From the NCBI GenBank assembly GCA_951406725.2, contig OX597823.1, forward strand, positions 39,494,001-39,558,000: a DNA stretch of 64,000 nt. The letters run 5' to 3'. Position 1 is the stretch's first letter, and each line of letters begins with the position of its first letter. Under the pieces are notes generated by a model. It had not been told where the DNA came from. It saw only the letters and a list, made by a program, of their open reading frames with translations, and ran no database searches. The DNA is from Octopus vulgaris (taxonomy: Eukaryota). A program made the translations under genes and the position numbers. Positions 27,860-41,338 of this stretch are shown here, piece by piece.

Positions 27860-29430
27860 AGCCCCGCAGAACACTGAAGTGGCTGGACTGTACCCACTCA
27901 GGACCCTGAGAACAACAGTCAGGTGAAAAGAAAGATTGCACATGCAGTAGGGGCTAGCATAAGAATCACCTTGAACGACCACATAGTAAAATTTAACATA
28001 GTAAAATTTAACTATACATGCAGGTTCAAGGTGCAGCCATTGGTGCCGGTGTGGCTGCTATCTTCATGACATGGAAGAACAGAAAACATAAACAATCCTT
28101 AGCTGAACAATCCAAAACTCTTTTGCTTTACTGTAGGTTTCTAGTTAGAAAAAAAGTCTAGTAACTGTAGTGTAGAAACCGAGAGGGGCATAATGGAGAG
28201 CGTCCATCACAAAGCTAACTCCATCCACCAAAGTATCAAGGTAACTATAGATTATTCCACTTGGCACCCTAACAATAGACTCCCTGTCCTTGATACCGAA
28301 ATTTGGTTAGAGATTGTGAACAACAGAATGCAACTCTTCCACTCCTATTACACGAAACTCATAACTTCTATATATGTTGTTTACAAGAACTCAGCAGTGT
28401 CACACAACGTGAAAATCAACATACTGATAGCAGACTTAAGATAATGAACAACGTGTTCCCCCTATGCGAACCCTATGAAACAAAGAAACATATATAGAAC
28501 TTCATGCACCGTATGCAATTCTCTGAATATGATAAGAAAGATAGGGTTCGGGTATACAGGGGAGCTAGAAAGAAGTCAGAGAGTATTATATGTAATGAAA
28601 CCAATTGTACCTACCCTAGATACAGAAGTAAAGATTGGAATAAGATACAGAGAGTTTGTGACAAAGCAAACAGGGTGAACACATGGTACAAAGCCGGCAG
28701 ATATCAAGGAATGATGTTTGTAGAGGCCACAGCCCACGGTGAACTAGCCCGAAGATTTAGGAAACCTCTGAAGGAGGCCAAACTCAACATTAAGATCGTT
28801 GAAAAGTTAGGGAGCTCCATTAGGTCACAATTATGTAGGACGTACCCCTTTGAGAATACCACATGCACCAATGATAACTGGTATGTAGGATTAACCTTGG
28901 CGTTAACTGTAGAAATAGAAATGTAGTTTACAACATAAGGTGTAGTTTACAACATAAGGTGCAGAGAGGGTGTTTGTAAAGACAAGAGCATGACATACAT
29001 TGGTGTGACATCTAGAAAAGCATTGCGGAGAAACTAAATGAATATTTGGGACAATATCACGACAAAAAACAGTCCTCCACACTGTATCCAACATGCCAAA
29101 AACCAACATGGTGGCACATTTTATACACATTTACACAAATTCGGAAAAATACACACACACACACATATGGAACAAAAATGAGCCAAGAAAATTAATTCAG
29201 TGGTATGTATATTAATAGCGAAGTCGAATAGATGTTTATTAAATACTATGCAATCTATTGAAATTTCCTCTACCTCCAGAGAAGGTCAGACAATTGCTCG
29301 GTAGCAACTTGGACCTCAACTCCGAATGAGAAAGGTAGATAATCTCAAAAATCATTAATTTTCATAGGCTGAAGACAAGAAGGAAGCTGTGGGAACGTGT
29401 TTCTGCCTTAACAGGCGTCATCCCTACAGA
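27860..29430 (+). mobile_element. Decayed Penelope-like element (RT thumb, Cys linker, GIY-YIG)
   Basis: Frameshifted remnants QVQGAAIG, IHQSIKVTID...LPVLD, MFVEATAHGEL...IKIVEK.G, NVVY.I.C...YIG.TSR; decayed hammerhead-like motif on minus at ~29392-29425. Confidence 0.8.
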
Positions 29431-29481
29431 TATCCTATGTTGTCTCCAGCAGACGAGACACTTAGACATACAAAAAATAGG

Positions 29482-29512
<31 letters not shown>

Positions 29513-29544
29513 TGTATGTATGTATGTATGTATGTATGTATGTA

Positions 29545-29575
<31 letters not shown>

Positions 29576-30436
29576 ATGTATGTATGTATGTATGTATGTA
29601 TGTATGTATGTATGTATGTATGTATGTTATTTCTTTGAGATTTATTTAAATTTCTATTTTAATCCTTTGCAGAATTCAGGCCAGTCACTAACAAATGTCG
29701 AAGCTCTTTTGTTTAAATCAAGATAACTCGTGGGGTTTCTGGTTATCTGGATTGGTTGATACATGCGTATATGCGAGCGTATTGTGTGAATGAATGTGTA
29801 TTTGTGTGTGAATAAACTTGCGTTTATTTTATTGTTGTGCCTGTGTGCAGACATATGTATGTATGTATGTTTCTTATACGTGTTATACTCATATATGTTA
29901 CATCAAGTCGCTCTAAAATGCTACATATATTGGCGACAGAGGCAGTATTAATATCAAGAGGTAATCTTTATATTTTACTGCGGTAGATATCATGAGAGAA
30001 CTCTCATATTGGCTTTAGGTGACAAATGCATGCTTGTTTATATCGTTAGCGGGGAGATAAATCCCTACCAACTCTAGCATTGGAATCTCCAGATCACGTC
30101 ATTTCGATTTTCCTTGGTCTCATCGGTGATGGATACTCGACCGCAAGAGATAGCTGCAACTCACCTCCCCGCTAGCGATATATAAAAAAATCAGTGCCAG
30201 AACAGGTTAAAATGCTACCTGTAACATCTAACCCTGTACAATCTGTTGCATGGCTAGGTCATCAGCGTCTAAACTGGCAACGTCACAGAGCCTACTTCTG
30301 GACACTACGAAATATAAATCAAGACACATTAAAGGGCAGCTGAATTCATGGGAGTCCACTGCCTTCTAACCATGTGCAATGTTTCTTGCAAATCCCTGCT
30401 GATTTGTAGGCTTCCTTTTATGGGAAAAGTCAAAGA

Positions 30437-31019
30437 CAATGGTTCTCAACAAGTTTATATCTATAGATTTCTTTGATTACTATTCTATTCTTATTTCTTA
30501 TTTCTTTATTGCCCACAAGGGGCTAAACATAGAGGGGACAAACAAGGACAGGCAAAGGGATTAAGTCGATTACATCAACCCCAGTGCGTAACTGGTACTT
30601 AATTTATCGACCCCGAAAGGATGAAAGGCAAAGTCGACCTCGGCGGAATTTGAACTCAGAACGTAAAGACGGACGAAATACCACCCAAGGATTTCGCCCG
30701 GCGTGCTAACGTTTCTGCCAGCTCGCCGCCTTCTATTCTATTCTATTCTATTCTGGTGGGCCCCTAAAGCTATTTGATGTGTAAAAACTAATTTTATATA
30801 CACTCTTTTCTAAATTCCTATTTTGTTTTTCACACAATAACTTGCGTTAAGTTGATCCATGTAAAACGTTTGAGAAAGAAACTGCCGTTTCTTGCAATAA
30901 ATACATGTAAAGCAAAATTTTTTCACGGACCCTTAAAAATACCTCTATGGAACCCCAATTTATTATTTTGCTTGCATGGACCTCCTAGGGATCATATGGA
31001 GCCTGGTTGAAAACCACTG
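30437..31019. mobile_element. hAT (Charlie-like) MITE with nested SINE
   Basis: TIRs caatggttctcaac / gttgaaaaccactg; 8-bp flanks gtcaaaga / gtccaata (6 of 8 match). Confidence 0.6.
30495..30732 (-). mobile_element. SINE family B, Tx1-tailed subfamily
   Basis: Reverse complement of the 20985 copy; inserted in a (TATTC)n tract. Confidence 0.9.
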
Positions 31020-31522
31020 GTCCAATAGACGGTATTCTGAAGTAACACCTGAAATCCATGTAACTGACAGTCACCTTGGACTATTTGTCATTGGACCCCA
31101 GTTATTGATACTTAGAGAGGGCTATACTTTAATCCAATGATCTACAGATATCTCATTCTATCTGGTTCATCATCACTGTCTATTAAAGTTCTCTAACGAT
31201 GAAGGAGTGGCGATGCATGTCAATTTAACCTGTTGGCAGAACACTCTCATGCATCTACTCTTAAGTCGAGTGGTAAATTAACCCTGAAGCTGTTGTCACG
31301 TTTGTATGGACAGAAGTTACAAATTGCTTCAGCGGAGTTTTCTATGTATGAGTCATCTAAGAGCGCACACACATATTGGAGATTAACAGGATGAGGCGAA
31401 TGGATTGAGTTGGTTATCATCTGTCAAGATGAAGCAATCATCACATATGTAAGTATCTATGTATGTTTGTATGTATGTATGCATGTATGTGTGTGTATGT
31501 ATGCATGTATCTTTGTATATAT

Positions 31523-31753
31523 ATTTCTTTACTACCCACAAGGGGCTAAACACAGAGGGGACAAACAAGGACAGACAAACGGATTAAGTCAATTACATCG
31601 ACCCCAGTGCGTAACTGGTACTTAATTTATCGACCCCGAAAGGATGAAAAGTAAAGTCGACCTCGGCGGAATTTGAACTCAGAACGTAACGGCAGACGAA
31701 ATACGGCTACGCATTTCGCCCGGCGGGCTAACGTTTCTGCCAGCTCGCCGCCT
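31523..31753 (-). mobile_element. SINE family B, Tx1-tailed subfamily
   Basis: Full head and tail; tctttgtatatat occurs on both flanks (probable TSD). Confidence 0.9.
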
Positions 31754-32029
31754 TTCTTTGTATATATGCATGCATGTATGCATGTGTATTTACATGTATG
31801 TATGCATGTATGTATGTGTATATGCATGCATGTACGTATGTGTGTTTGCATGTTTGCATGTATGCATGCATTATGTATGCATGTTTGCATATATGTATGT
31901 ATCTATGTATGCATGTATGCATGTATACTTGTATGTATGCATGTATTTATGTGTATCAATCCTCGTTTATCACTGGCCTGCGACAACACGGTACACTAAT
32001 TATGAACCATGTTACGGTTATCACAAATT

Positions 32030-32414
32030 GGTGGAAGCACTCCGTCGGTTACGACGATGAGGGTTCCGGTTGATCCGAATCAACGGAACAGCCTGCTCGT
32101 GAAATTAACGTGTAAGTGGCTGAGCACTCCACAGACACGTGCACCCTTAACGTAGTTCTCGGGGATATTCAGCGTGACACAGAGAGTTACAAGGCCGGCC
32201 CCTTGAAATACAGGTACAACAGAAACAGGAAGTAAGAGTGAGAGAAAGTTGTGGTGAAAGAGTACAGCAGGAATCACCACCCCCTGCCGGAGCCTCGTGG
32301 AGCCTTTAGGTGTTTTCGCTCAATAAACACTCACAACGCCCGGTCTGGGAATCGAAACCGCAATCCTATGACCACGAGTCCGCTGCCCTAACCACTGGGC
32401 CATTGCGCCTCCAC
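32030..32414 (-). mobile_element. tRNA-derived SINE family C
   Basis: Head ggcgcaatggcccagtggttagggc...ggtttcgattccc; highly similar to 63335-63713. Confidence 0.9.
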
Positions 32415-33380
32415 TCATCACAAATTGATCTGTGATAAGACGGGTCGGCGCTCAGTCGAAGATTCTGTTTAGACTCGACTCAAAAAGCGCACTCATCGAC
32501 CATCCGCAGTATTCAGGACAACTTGAATGAGGACCTATTTTTACAATATGTTTTGTACTTATTTCGCACTCGTTCATTTAACACGGTACTTTATTTTTTA
32601 ACCAAACATCCATGATAACGAGGATAGAAGCATAACGATTGCAACTGACGTTCATTTTGTATATTTGCAGTTCCAGTGTCATAAACACATTTTGTGATCA
32701 TTAAATCCATTTTCGCGTTGTAATCAAGAGATTGTGAGATCGAAGCAGTCTTGGAGTCCTACGTCATGAAGCAGACGTGTTAATAATGTATGAATGGGTG
32801 GGTGGGCGAAAGTCAGGCCCCATTTAAGCAGGACCCACATAGTTTTGTGGTGACCGGGGTAGAAGTTTGACACTGAAAATAATTTCTTAAAAACATCACC
32901 CCCGTTTATACCCCACCCCCTTGCTACCCACATCAACGAAACGTGAGTATGGGGTAATGACTTGTTCTGTTTATTTTACATTAGGAAGCTAAATTAACAC
33001 AACAACAACAACAACAACAACAACAATATGACAATGAAAGCTTGTTTTTATTCCAGCTTGTTTTTAACTTCGTCTGGCGGAGAACAATAACAGAGAAAAG
33101 TTTGTTGAGGCGGTGGAGGTGAAGTAGGGGTGAGCTGTGTCACTCAGGATATATATATTTTTTTTTTATATTTGTCCCCCACCCCAAGATTAAAGAACAT
33201 TTCAAGGGCTGAAATAATATTGTAATTTTATTTATTTTTATTAATGTCCAAGAAAAAGGTGTTTTGAAGGTGACGGTTGATGTGGAGTTTGCGAAAGTGG
33301 TGGGTGTGTCGGAGGTGATGACAATGCCGTCGTCATTGCCCTGGTTGTTGTTGTTTAGCCCTGGGGTCGATGTGCTCGAG

Positions 33381-33438
<58 letters not shown>

Positions 33439-33442
33439 TATA

Positions 33443-33489
<47 letters not shown>

Positions 33490-33491
<2 letters not shown>

Positions 33492-33695
33492 TTTACTCTT
33501 TTATTTGTTTCAGTCATTTGACTGCGGCCATGCTGGAGCACCGCCTTTAGTCGAGCAAATCGACCCCAGGACTTATTCTTTGTAAGCCCAGTACTTATTC
33601 TATTGGTCTCTTTGCCGAACCGCTAAGTTACGGGGACGTAAACACACCACCATCGGTTGTCAAGCGATGTTGGGGGGACAAACACAGACACACAA

Positions 33696-33729
<34 letters not shown>

Positions 33730-33945
33730 CCTTATATACGACGGGCTTCTTTCAGTTTCCTTCTACCAAATCCACTCACAAGGCTTTGGTCGGCCCGAGG
33801 CTATAGTAGGAGACACTTGCCCAAAGTGCCACGCAGTGGGACTGAACCCGGAACCATGTGGCTGGTAAGCAAGCTACTTACCACACAGTCATTCTTTTAC
33901 TTGTTTCAATCATTTTGACTGCGGCCATGCTGGAGCACCGCCTTA
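33490..33945 (-). mobile_element. SINE family A with an extra tail fragment, in (TA)n
   Basis: Near-consensus copy 33490-33890 plus a second tail block 33890-33945. Confidence 0.9.
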
Positions 33946-34374
33946 ATATATATATATATAGGACTACATTCACTTATGTGTCCTTCAGACAGTAAAGTGA
34001 AACTGTTAGCTGCTGTTTTTAGCATGTCGAGCCGCCACACGCAGGCGTCCCTCGTTAGCTCATTCTTGCTGCTGATGGAGGTGGTGGTGGCAGGGATGGT
34101 GGTGATGATGACGGTGGTGGTGGTGGTGGTGGGGGTAATGATTGTTATAGTGGTTCTGCTTTTGTTGTCGTTGCTGATGCCCGTGGTTGAGTGTGTGTAG
34201 GGGTACTAGAGGTGATGCTGGTTGTAGTTGTAGTGGTAGTTGTGTTGGTGTTAGGTGTGACGGTTCCGATGGTATTAGTGGTGGGTTGGGTATGTTAGTG
34301 GAGGTGGTTACCGTAACAATTTCTGTTAATGGCATTGACATAGGAAGGCAAAGATAGAGGTGATAATGGTGATG

Positions 34375-34405
<31 letters not shown>

Positions 34406-34422
34406 CAGTAGCAGCAGTAGTG

Positions 34423-34466
<44 letters not shown>

Positions 34467-35092
34467 TGTTGTTGTTGTTGTTGTTGTTGTTGTTGCTGAT
34501 TGTGTTGCGGTACTTTTTAGCATTGGTAGTTGTATTAGTAGTAGAAACAGTTGTTGTTGCGGTGTTGGTATATTTTTTTGGTGGAAATGGGAAAATGGGG
34601 TTGGTGTTGGATGGAGAGGAATCGAGGAAACTTCTAAAAAAACCCGAAAGTCTTGTCTTTTTCGCCGTGTTGTTTTCTTTAATTCCAATTCCAAACAAGG
34701 TGTAAAAACGTGAAAGAATGAGAGAATACACGTGTGGGTCAGAAAGGGATAGACATACAGACAAGTGTGTGTGTTTATGTGTAAGCGTATTTGTGTGTGT
34801 ATTTGTATGTGTATGTGTGAGCATAGAGTGTGTGTGTGTGTGCTTGTGTGTGTAGACGTGTTTTATGTTCGTAAGCAGGTCTTATGGATTCGTTTATTTG
34901 ACATATGCCCTCCCAAACATGTCCCAGCTGGTCTCAAAGATTGTTCTGAAACAATAAATGTTCGGAGAGAACAATTCCTCACTAAACGGCAACATACGAC
35001 GACCATTATAAGAAATACAAACAGAACAACAACATCACCAAAAACAGGCGTCTACACCCTCACTAGTAACAATAACAACGATAATAATAATG

Positions 35093-35246
<154 letters not shown>

Positions 35247-35584
35247 CATTTATTTGCCGTCAGTGTTAAGGATGAGAGAGACACTACAAAGACAGACATA
35301 AAGCGTTCGTGTTTACATATCGTCGTCGTCGGCTTTTATCTCGCATCCGACAATTTATTTGCTTCTTTGCTGAACGCTTCCTTTATGGTGATGCCGTTGA
35401 TGACTCTATAGAAGAATTCTTGCATAGAAGAGTCGATGGCATTGACTGCATGGCTGGCAATGTTGGTGGAGGATGAAGTTGATTTTGTCGAATCTTTCAC
35501 TCCTGTCATTTCATTTCTTCTTTTTCCTCTTTTGGTGGCCTCGAAACTTTTGGTTCCGATGATGATGGGACACCGCCACAAAGT

Positions 35585-35830
35585 TCAAGAAAAAGCCATC
35601 AGTCAAAGTATCGAATCGCTGATCATGAAACACCGTCTTCGATGGTCAGGACATGCAACAAGAATGGAAGAGCCAAGATTCTCATGCCACGTCTTATTCA
35701 GTGAGCTCTCTTCAGGAAAACGATCACGGGGTTGCCCTCTTCGAAGATACAAGGAAACTAAAAACTCAAAGCAAACTAAAAGCTACTGGAATTGAGCCTA
35801 AATCGTTTGAAATACGAGCCCAAGACTGTA
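35585..35830 (+). mobile_element. RTE-clade LINE 3' fragment
   Basis: SIESLIMKHRLRWSGHATRM...LFSELSSGKRSRGCPLRRYK. Confidence 0.8.
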
Positions 35831-36384
35831 TCAAGTTTGCATATAATGAAATAATAATATACATATAAAGTATATACTATAGGGAAGTGTACATAGTATA
35901 CAACAGTAAAAGGAAAGAAGGGGAAAATGGCTGATAGTGATGTTGTCCTCCTGATAGAGGAAGAATTCTAGAGATAATCGAAGAACCCCATCGACCAAGA
36001 TCTCCCTGAGCTCCAAGGGCAAGTGATCTACAAAACTAATATTTATGTGTGGACTATATTCATTTGGATTCTAGAATCTGTCTAGTTGACAATAACTGAC
36101 TGACTATCAAGATAACATTTACAGTGTTCCTATACCTGACTATATGGCCCTGTTGCAGAAGTCTTTCTCTTTAGGCATCAACGGTTTTCATCTATACAAC
36201 GAGTACCTATAGACTGCTTTCATCTTTTACAAGAAGCCCATTAAGTTTCATGACCAGTCTGTTCTCTCGTCTTCTAAACTGCTGCCGAAATTTCGAGAAA
36301 ACAGGATCTGGATCATTTGCTTTTGCATTTGGTTAGCAAGATTCTTCATGTGAACACAAGTATTGAAACAGATTTTGTTGTATT

Positions 36385-36625
36385 GCGAGATCGTGGGTTC
36401 GATTCCCAGACTGGGCATTGCGTTGTGTTCTTCAGCAAAACACTTCATTTTTCACGTTGCTCAGCGATCATTTCACCATCTGACATGTGGCACGTCGCGC
36501 ACCTGTACAGGTAATGTTGATTTGATGGAGGGAGTGAGCTTATGTGAAAAAAAAACACATTTGATCACTGTGCGATTGTTCGGCAGGAAGGTGCAGAACT
36601 CTCATACGCCCTCTAACGACGAGTG
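36385..36625 (+). mobile_element. Diverged tRNA-derived SINE (family C-related)
   Basis: gggttcgattcccagactggg B-box followed by gcgttgtgttcttcagcaaaacacttc. Confidence 0.6.
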
Positions 36626-36634
36626 AGTCTGTGT

Positions 36635-36733
<99 letters not shown>

Positions 36734-37119
36734 GTGTGTGTGTGTGTGTGTATGTGTGTGTGTATGTGTGTGTGTGTATAAACGCACTAAAATGTATCAG
36801 AATTTCTCCCTAATATATCTGCCTCTGTATCGCATTGCCTTACACAAATAATGTCCGAATATCTAATTTCAGGTTTTGTGAATGTAATATTGTTTAGGAA
36901 TTTTTGTGTATGTATATAACCATCGACATATATCTACATGTATCTTTAAACATAATGTTAAACGTAACGGACATTTAACTACACCTGCTAATGCAATGCA
37001 AACACATATATAAATACATCTACGTACGCGCGCGCGCACATACACACACACACACGCATACATACACGCACGCTACACACACACACACACACGCATGCAC
37101 GTGCGCACGCGCACACACA

Positions 37120-37522
37120 CTTTTACTCTTTTACTTGTTTCATTCATTTGACTGCGGCCATGCTGAAGCACCACCTTTAGTCAAGCAAATCGACTCCAGG
37201 ACTTATTCTTTGTATGTCTAGTACTTATTCTATCGGCCTCTTTTGCCGAACCGCTAAGTTACGGAGACGTAAACACACCAGCATCGGTTGTCAAGCGATA
37301 TTGAGGGGACAAACACAGACACACAAACATATACACGCACATACATACATATATACATATATACAACGGGATTCTTTCAGTTTCCGTCTACAAAATCCAC
37401 TCGCAAGGCTTTGGTCGACCCGAGGCTATAGTAGAAGATATTTGTCCAAGGTGCCACGCAGTGGGGCTGAACTCGGAACCATGTGGTTGGTAAGCAAGTT
37501 ACTAACCACACAGCCACTCCTA
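37120..37522 (-). mobile_element. SINE family A
   Basis: Full-length homolog of the 33490 copy. Confidence 0.9.
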
Positions 37523-37770
37523 CGGTTTACTCAGCACATCTAAATTAATTAATTACGTATTTTAATATATCAATTATGTAATTATATGAATAACTAGACT
37601 ACCAGTGACCTGATGGGTCACCAATAATTCAAATACCGGAAAAGTCTGAGTTTGCCAGTAACGGAGTTTTGTTTCGTGGTTCTTCTTCTTTTTCCAGGTT
37701 ATTTCGCATGCTTTCAATAAGTATGATATCGAAATCATGTGTAAACGGTTCCTTTCCCCACCCAAAAGGA

Positions 37771-37860
37771 AAGATTTGACTGCTATTTCTTGCACGCCCT
37801 GCTACCACGTAACAGCTGTTACGTGGTAGCAGGGCGTGCTAGAAATAGCAGCCAAATCTT
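37771..37860. repeat. 90-bp spacer-less palindrome
   Basis: 45-bp arms meeting at aacag/ctgtt; 2 mismatches. Confidence 0.95.
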
Positions 37861-38239
37861 TGGAGATTAGATACGTTGAATGCACTTGAAAGAAAAAACT
37901 ATTTCACAACGAGGTTACGAACGGGTCCTTTACGAAATATTTACCGTATTTTTAAAGTCATTTTCCCTAGGCTTTCGAGTCGGTGATTGTGCCATGTGTT
38001 TCCAGGTTCAAATCCCCATTTCTGGCACAGCTTCCAGTGTAAAGCTCTTACAACCTCGTCGTGCCTCCATTTCTTATATTTTCTTGTATTGTATTACATG
38101 AAGATATTTCACTACTACCTCTGCCACTTCTCCACCACAAGCTTTCAGTCATACTTTAACATCTCTTATACTTCATTCGCCCTAGGACGCTGGGTGTGTC
38201 TCGGCAAAGTGACTGTAACAAACATGCAGATTACAAGTA

Positions 38240-38284
<45 letters not shown>

Positions 38285-38796
38285 CCAGACAGTGGCTCTC
38301 ATGGCTTCTGATCTCAACTGATTGGAAGTGTTATCATATACATTGTTTTGCCTTGGTATAAAAGATGGGCAACAACAAATATTCTGCTCAATACCACAGA
38401 GTTGCTTGTCAGTTGTTTGACCATAACCATTTGACCGTGTCTTAGTGGCTGACGATATGTGCATCTCTAACCACAAGCAGAAGTAGTGGGGGAGCAACAT
38501 AGCCGTGTGTTGAAAGGAATTCTTGGAAGTTTGAATAATTCACCTTTGGAAACAATCCTTATTCAGGGACCTTTTGAGTAGGATGGGCTACTCAACCAGA
38601 AGAAAATTTTAACTGGGCCCCACTTCCAAGGTCATGCTCTGTTTATCTTGATATGAGATCACCTCGTCACGCACATATGGTTGTGATGCATGTGCCTGGT
38701 GTACCCTTATCAGACACGGTAGTCATGATGTGTATACTGGACTTCGTATATTTTACACCAGTGCCACTTTGATGATATGCACTGCTACCTCACTCA
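38285..38796 (+). mobile_element. Unclassified ~510-bp insert bounded by (AAT)n on both sides
   Basis: Sharp boundaries inside an AAT run; no recognisable ORF; orientation only assumed. Confidence 0.45.
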
Positions 38797-38809
38797 ATAA
38801 TAATAATAA

Positions 38810-39022
38810 TCCTTTCTACAAAAGGCACAAAGCCTGAAACTTTGGGAGAAGAGACCAGTCGACTACATCAACTCCAGTGCATAACTGGTACTTAATTTAT
38901 CGACCCCGAAAGATGAAAGGCTAAGTCGACCACGGCAGCATTTGAACTCAGAACGTGAAGACAAGACGAAATACTGCTAAGCATTTTACCCGGCTTGCTA
39001 AAGATTCTGCCAGCTCACTACC

Positions 39023-39024
<2 letters not shown>
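38810..39024 (-). mobile_element. SINE family B, (ATT)n-tailed subfamily
   Basis: tcgaccccgaaagatgaaaggc core, ctgccagctcactacctt head end. Confidence 0.85.
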
Positions 39025-39078
<54 letters not shown>

Positions 39079-39079
<1 letters not shown>

Positions 39080-39531
39080 TGCCGATACACACAGATAGAG
39101 AAATTAAGGCCAACAGACCAGATATAGTTGTCAGAGATCATGAAGAAAAAAAAACTGCTTTCTAATTGATGTATCAATACCGGCAGATGACAACGTTTCT
39201 CTAAAAGAAATGGAGAAACTTTCAAAATACAAAGACCTGGAAATAGAGGTAACCAGAATGTGGAATCTAAAAACAGAAACAATTCCTATCATAGTAGGTG
39301 CATTAGGCATGATAAAAAAATATTCACACAAATACATAACAAAAACACCAGGACTTACAAACACATATAACATACAGAAAATTGCACTACTAGGCACTGC
39401 ACACATCCTACGCAGAACACTTTCCATACAATAACCATCAGAGCATCACAACAAATCACAGCACATACCTAAGGCACACAGAGCTGCACTCGGTAGTGAA
39501 GTGAAAGCACGCTATAAAAATAAAACTACTG
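39079..39531 (+). mobile_element. R4/Dong-like LINE 3' end in (AAT)n
   Basis: PIHTDREIKANRPDIVVRD...LIDVSIPADDNVSLKEMEKLSKYKDLEIEVTRMW (PD-(D/E)xK endonuclease); AAT repeats on both sides. Confidence 0.9.
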
Positions 39532-39535
39532 AATG

Positions 39536-39592
<57 letters not shown>

Positions 39593-39656
39593 GACAAGAC
39601 GAAGAGCGCGATGCGATTGCACTACATATTTTATTGGTTGATCAATATTTCGACAG

Positions 39657-39916
39657 AAATAAAAGAATAAAAGAATACCAGGAAAACCTTCCGTACCACT
39701 AAACCAAGAAGGTTCTCTGAATATGTACGTTTGCGTAACTGGGATATTTTGGTTGGATTATATAGTTATCAGTTTTACAATTCTTTCTATATTCTGTGTC
39801 ACAATATAGAAACATTTCTCATGGCACCAGCACAAAGTTTACGGACGCTTACATTTTAAAAATATTTTCCGTGAAGTTTTCACGGGTCCAGCTAGTTATT
39901 ATTATTATTGTTGTTA

Positions 39917-39963
<47 letters not shown>

Positions 39964-40260
39964 TAGTGGTCGGCTGGTTTTCTACGACGAAGTTTGTGTT
40001 TTAAGCGTTGTACTTCGTTATCTATCACCTCCAGACAAAAGAGTGAAGACATAATATATTTCAGCTGGCGAACACCAACCAACCTGATACGTGTGCGAGC
40101 AGGAACACCTTTATGGTAACAACATGTTCATGTTTATTATTATTATGGTTTGTTATCTGCTTGCTTGGTTTCGTTTAGACAACTTAACACCAATTTGCTG
40201 ATTAATGGTCTTTAATTGCACGCCACTTCCATCTCCATCCCACCGCAGCATACATACATA
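39657..40260 (+). repeat. Left arm of long-range inverted duplication (partner ~57500-58250)
   Basis: Colinear reverse-complement match across ~600 bp including an internal (ATT)n. Confidence 0.92.
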
Positions 40261-40350
40261 CATACATACAGACAGACAGACATATACTAGCGTACGTACA
40301 CACACGTATATAAACGCATTTAGCTAGCTCTCTATCTATCTATCTATCTT

Positions 40351-40383
<33 letters not shown>

Positions 40384-40460
40384 ATATCTATCTATCTATC
40401 TTACTATCTATCTACCTATCTATAAACGTATGTATATCTCTCTATATACATATATATACA

Positions 40461-40508
<48 letters not shown>

Positions 40509-40509
40509 C

Positions 40510-41283
40510 ACTAGATGACGTATCCGGTAATTCCCGGGAAAGCGGGTCTTATCCCTTGGTTCCATTCTCATAATTGTTTCACTAATCTAACAACAACAAT
40601 ACCAAGTATGTAGCCCTTAAAATGGTTTTTGTGCATCTACAGAGAATACCGAACAGTCTTACACAGGATCTTGTTTCTAGGAATTCCCAATAAGTTATGA
40701 ATACCCAAATTGTGAAATCAGTTATGTAATAACATGAAATTAGTTACCCGATAGTAAGAATTCAAATAAAGTAGTCCCGAAAAGGGCTTTAATGCGTTCC
40801 CAGAATATATAGAACTTAGGAGGAAATACTAATAAGGTATGTATACTAAAATTAGATAATAACCAAAGCAAATAACTCTGAAAAGGGATTTTGTGCGTTC
40901 CCATAGAATACTATCCTCAGGGTTGGTATATTCGTGAATAAGTCACTAACCGAAATAAATGGATCTATTGTTTACGAAAATACTATTTATTTGTTTAAGG
41001 GTTGTACTGGATAAATTGCAAAAATAACTCTGACAGTTCAAATACTAAGAAATAAGCATACTCAATTTTATTTTTACCAAATAATTTAGGAAAATGAATG
41101 GGTTATTTCCCTTGGTTTTTAAAATAAAATATACTATATATATATAGGAGGATCCCTTCCAGGAGCCCTAGTATCGATTTATTTCAGCAATCTGAGCTTT
41201 CCAGACTCACGTGTTAAGTTTCATCAAAATCGATAAAACTAATTCCACAAACACACCCACATGCAGAATTTCCCACATATGTA

Positions 41284-41285
<2 letters not shown>
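40510..41285 (-). mobile_element. Non-autonomous Helitron related to the 24918 copy
   Basis: Minus-strand end ccgggaattaccgg...CTAG then T; 40510-40905 homologous to 24918-25350. Confidence 0.8.

Positions 41286-41338
<53 letters not shown>

Noticed and set aside
32700-32960. Promoter or exon with CRE-like acgtca and a gtgagt donor
   Set aside because: Motifs are short and expected by chance; no ORF or partner splice site.
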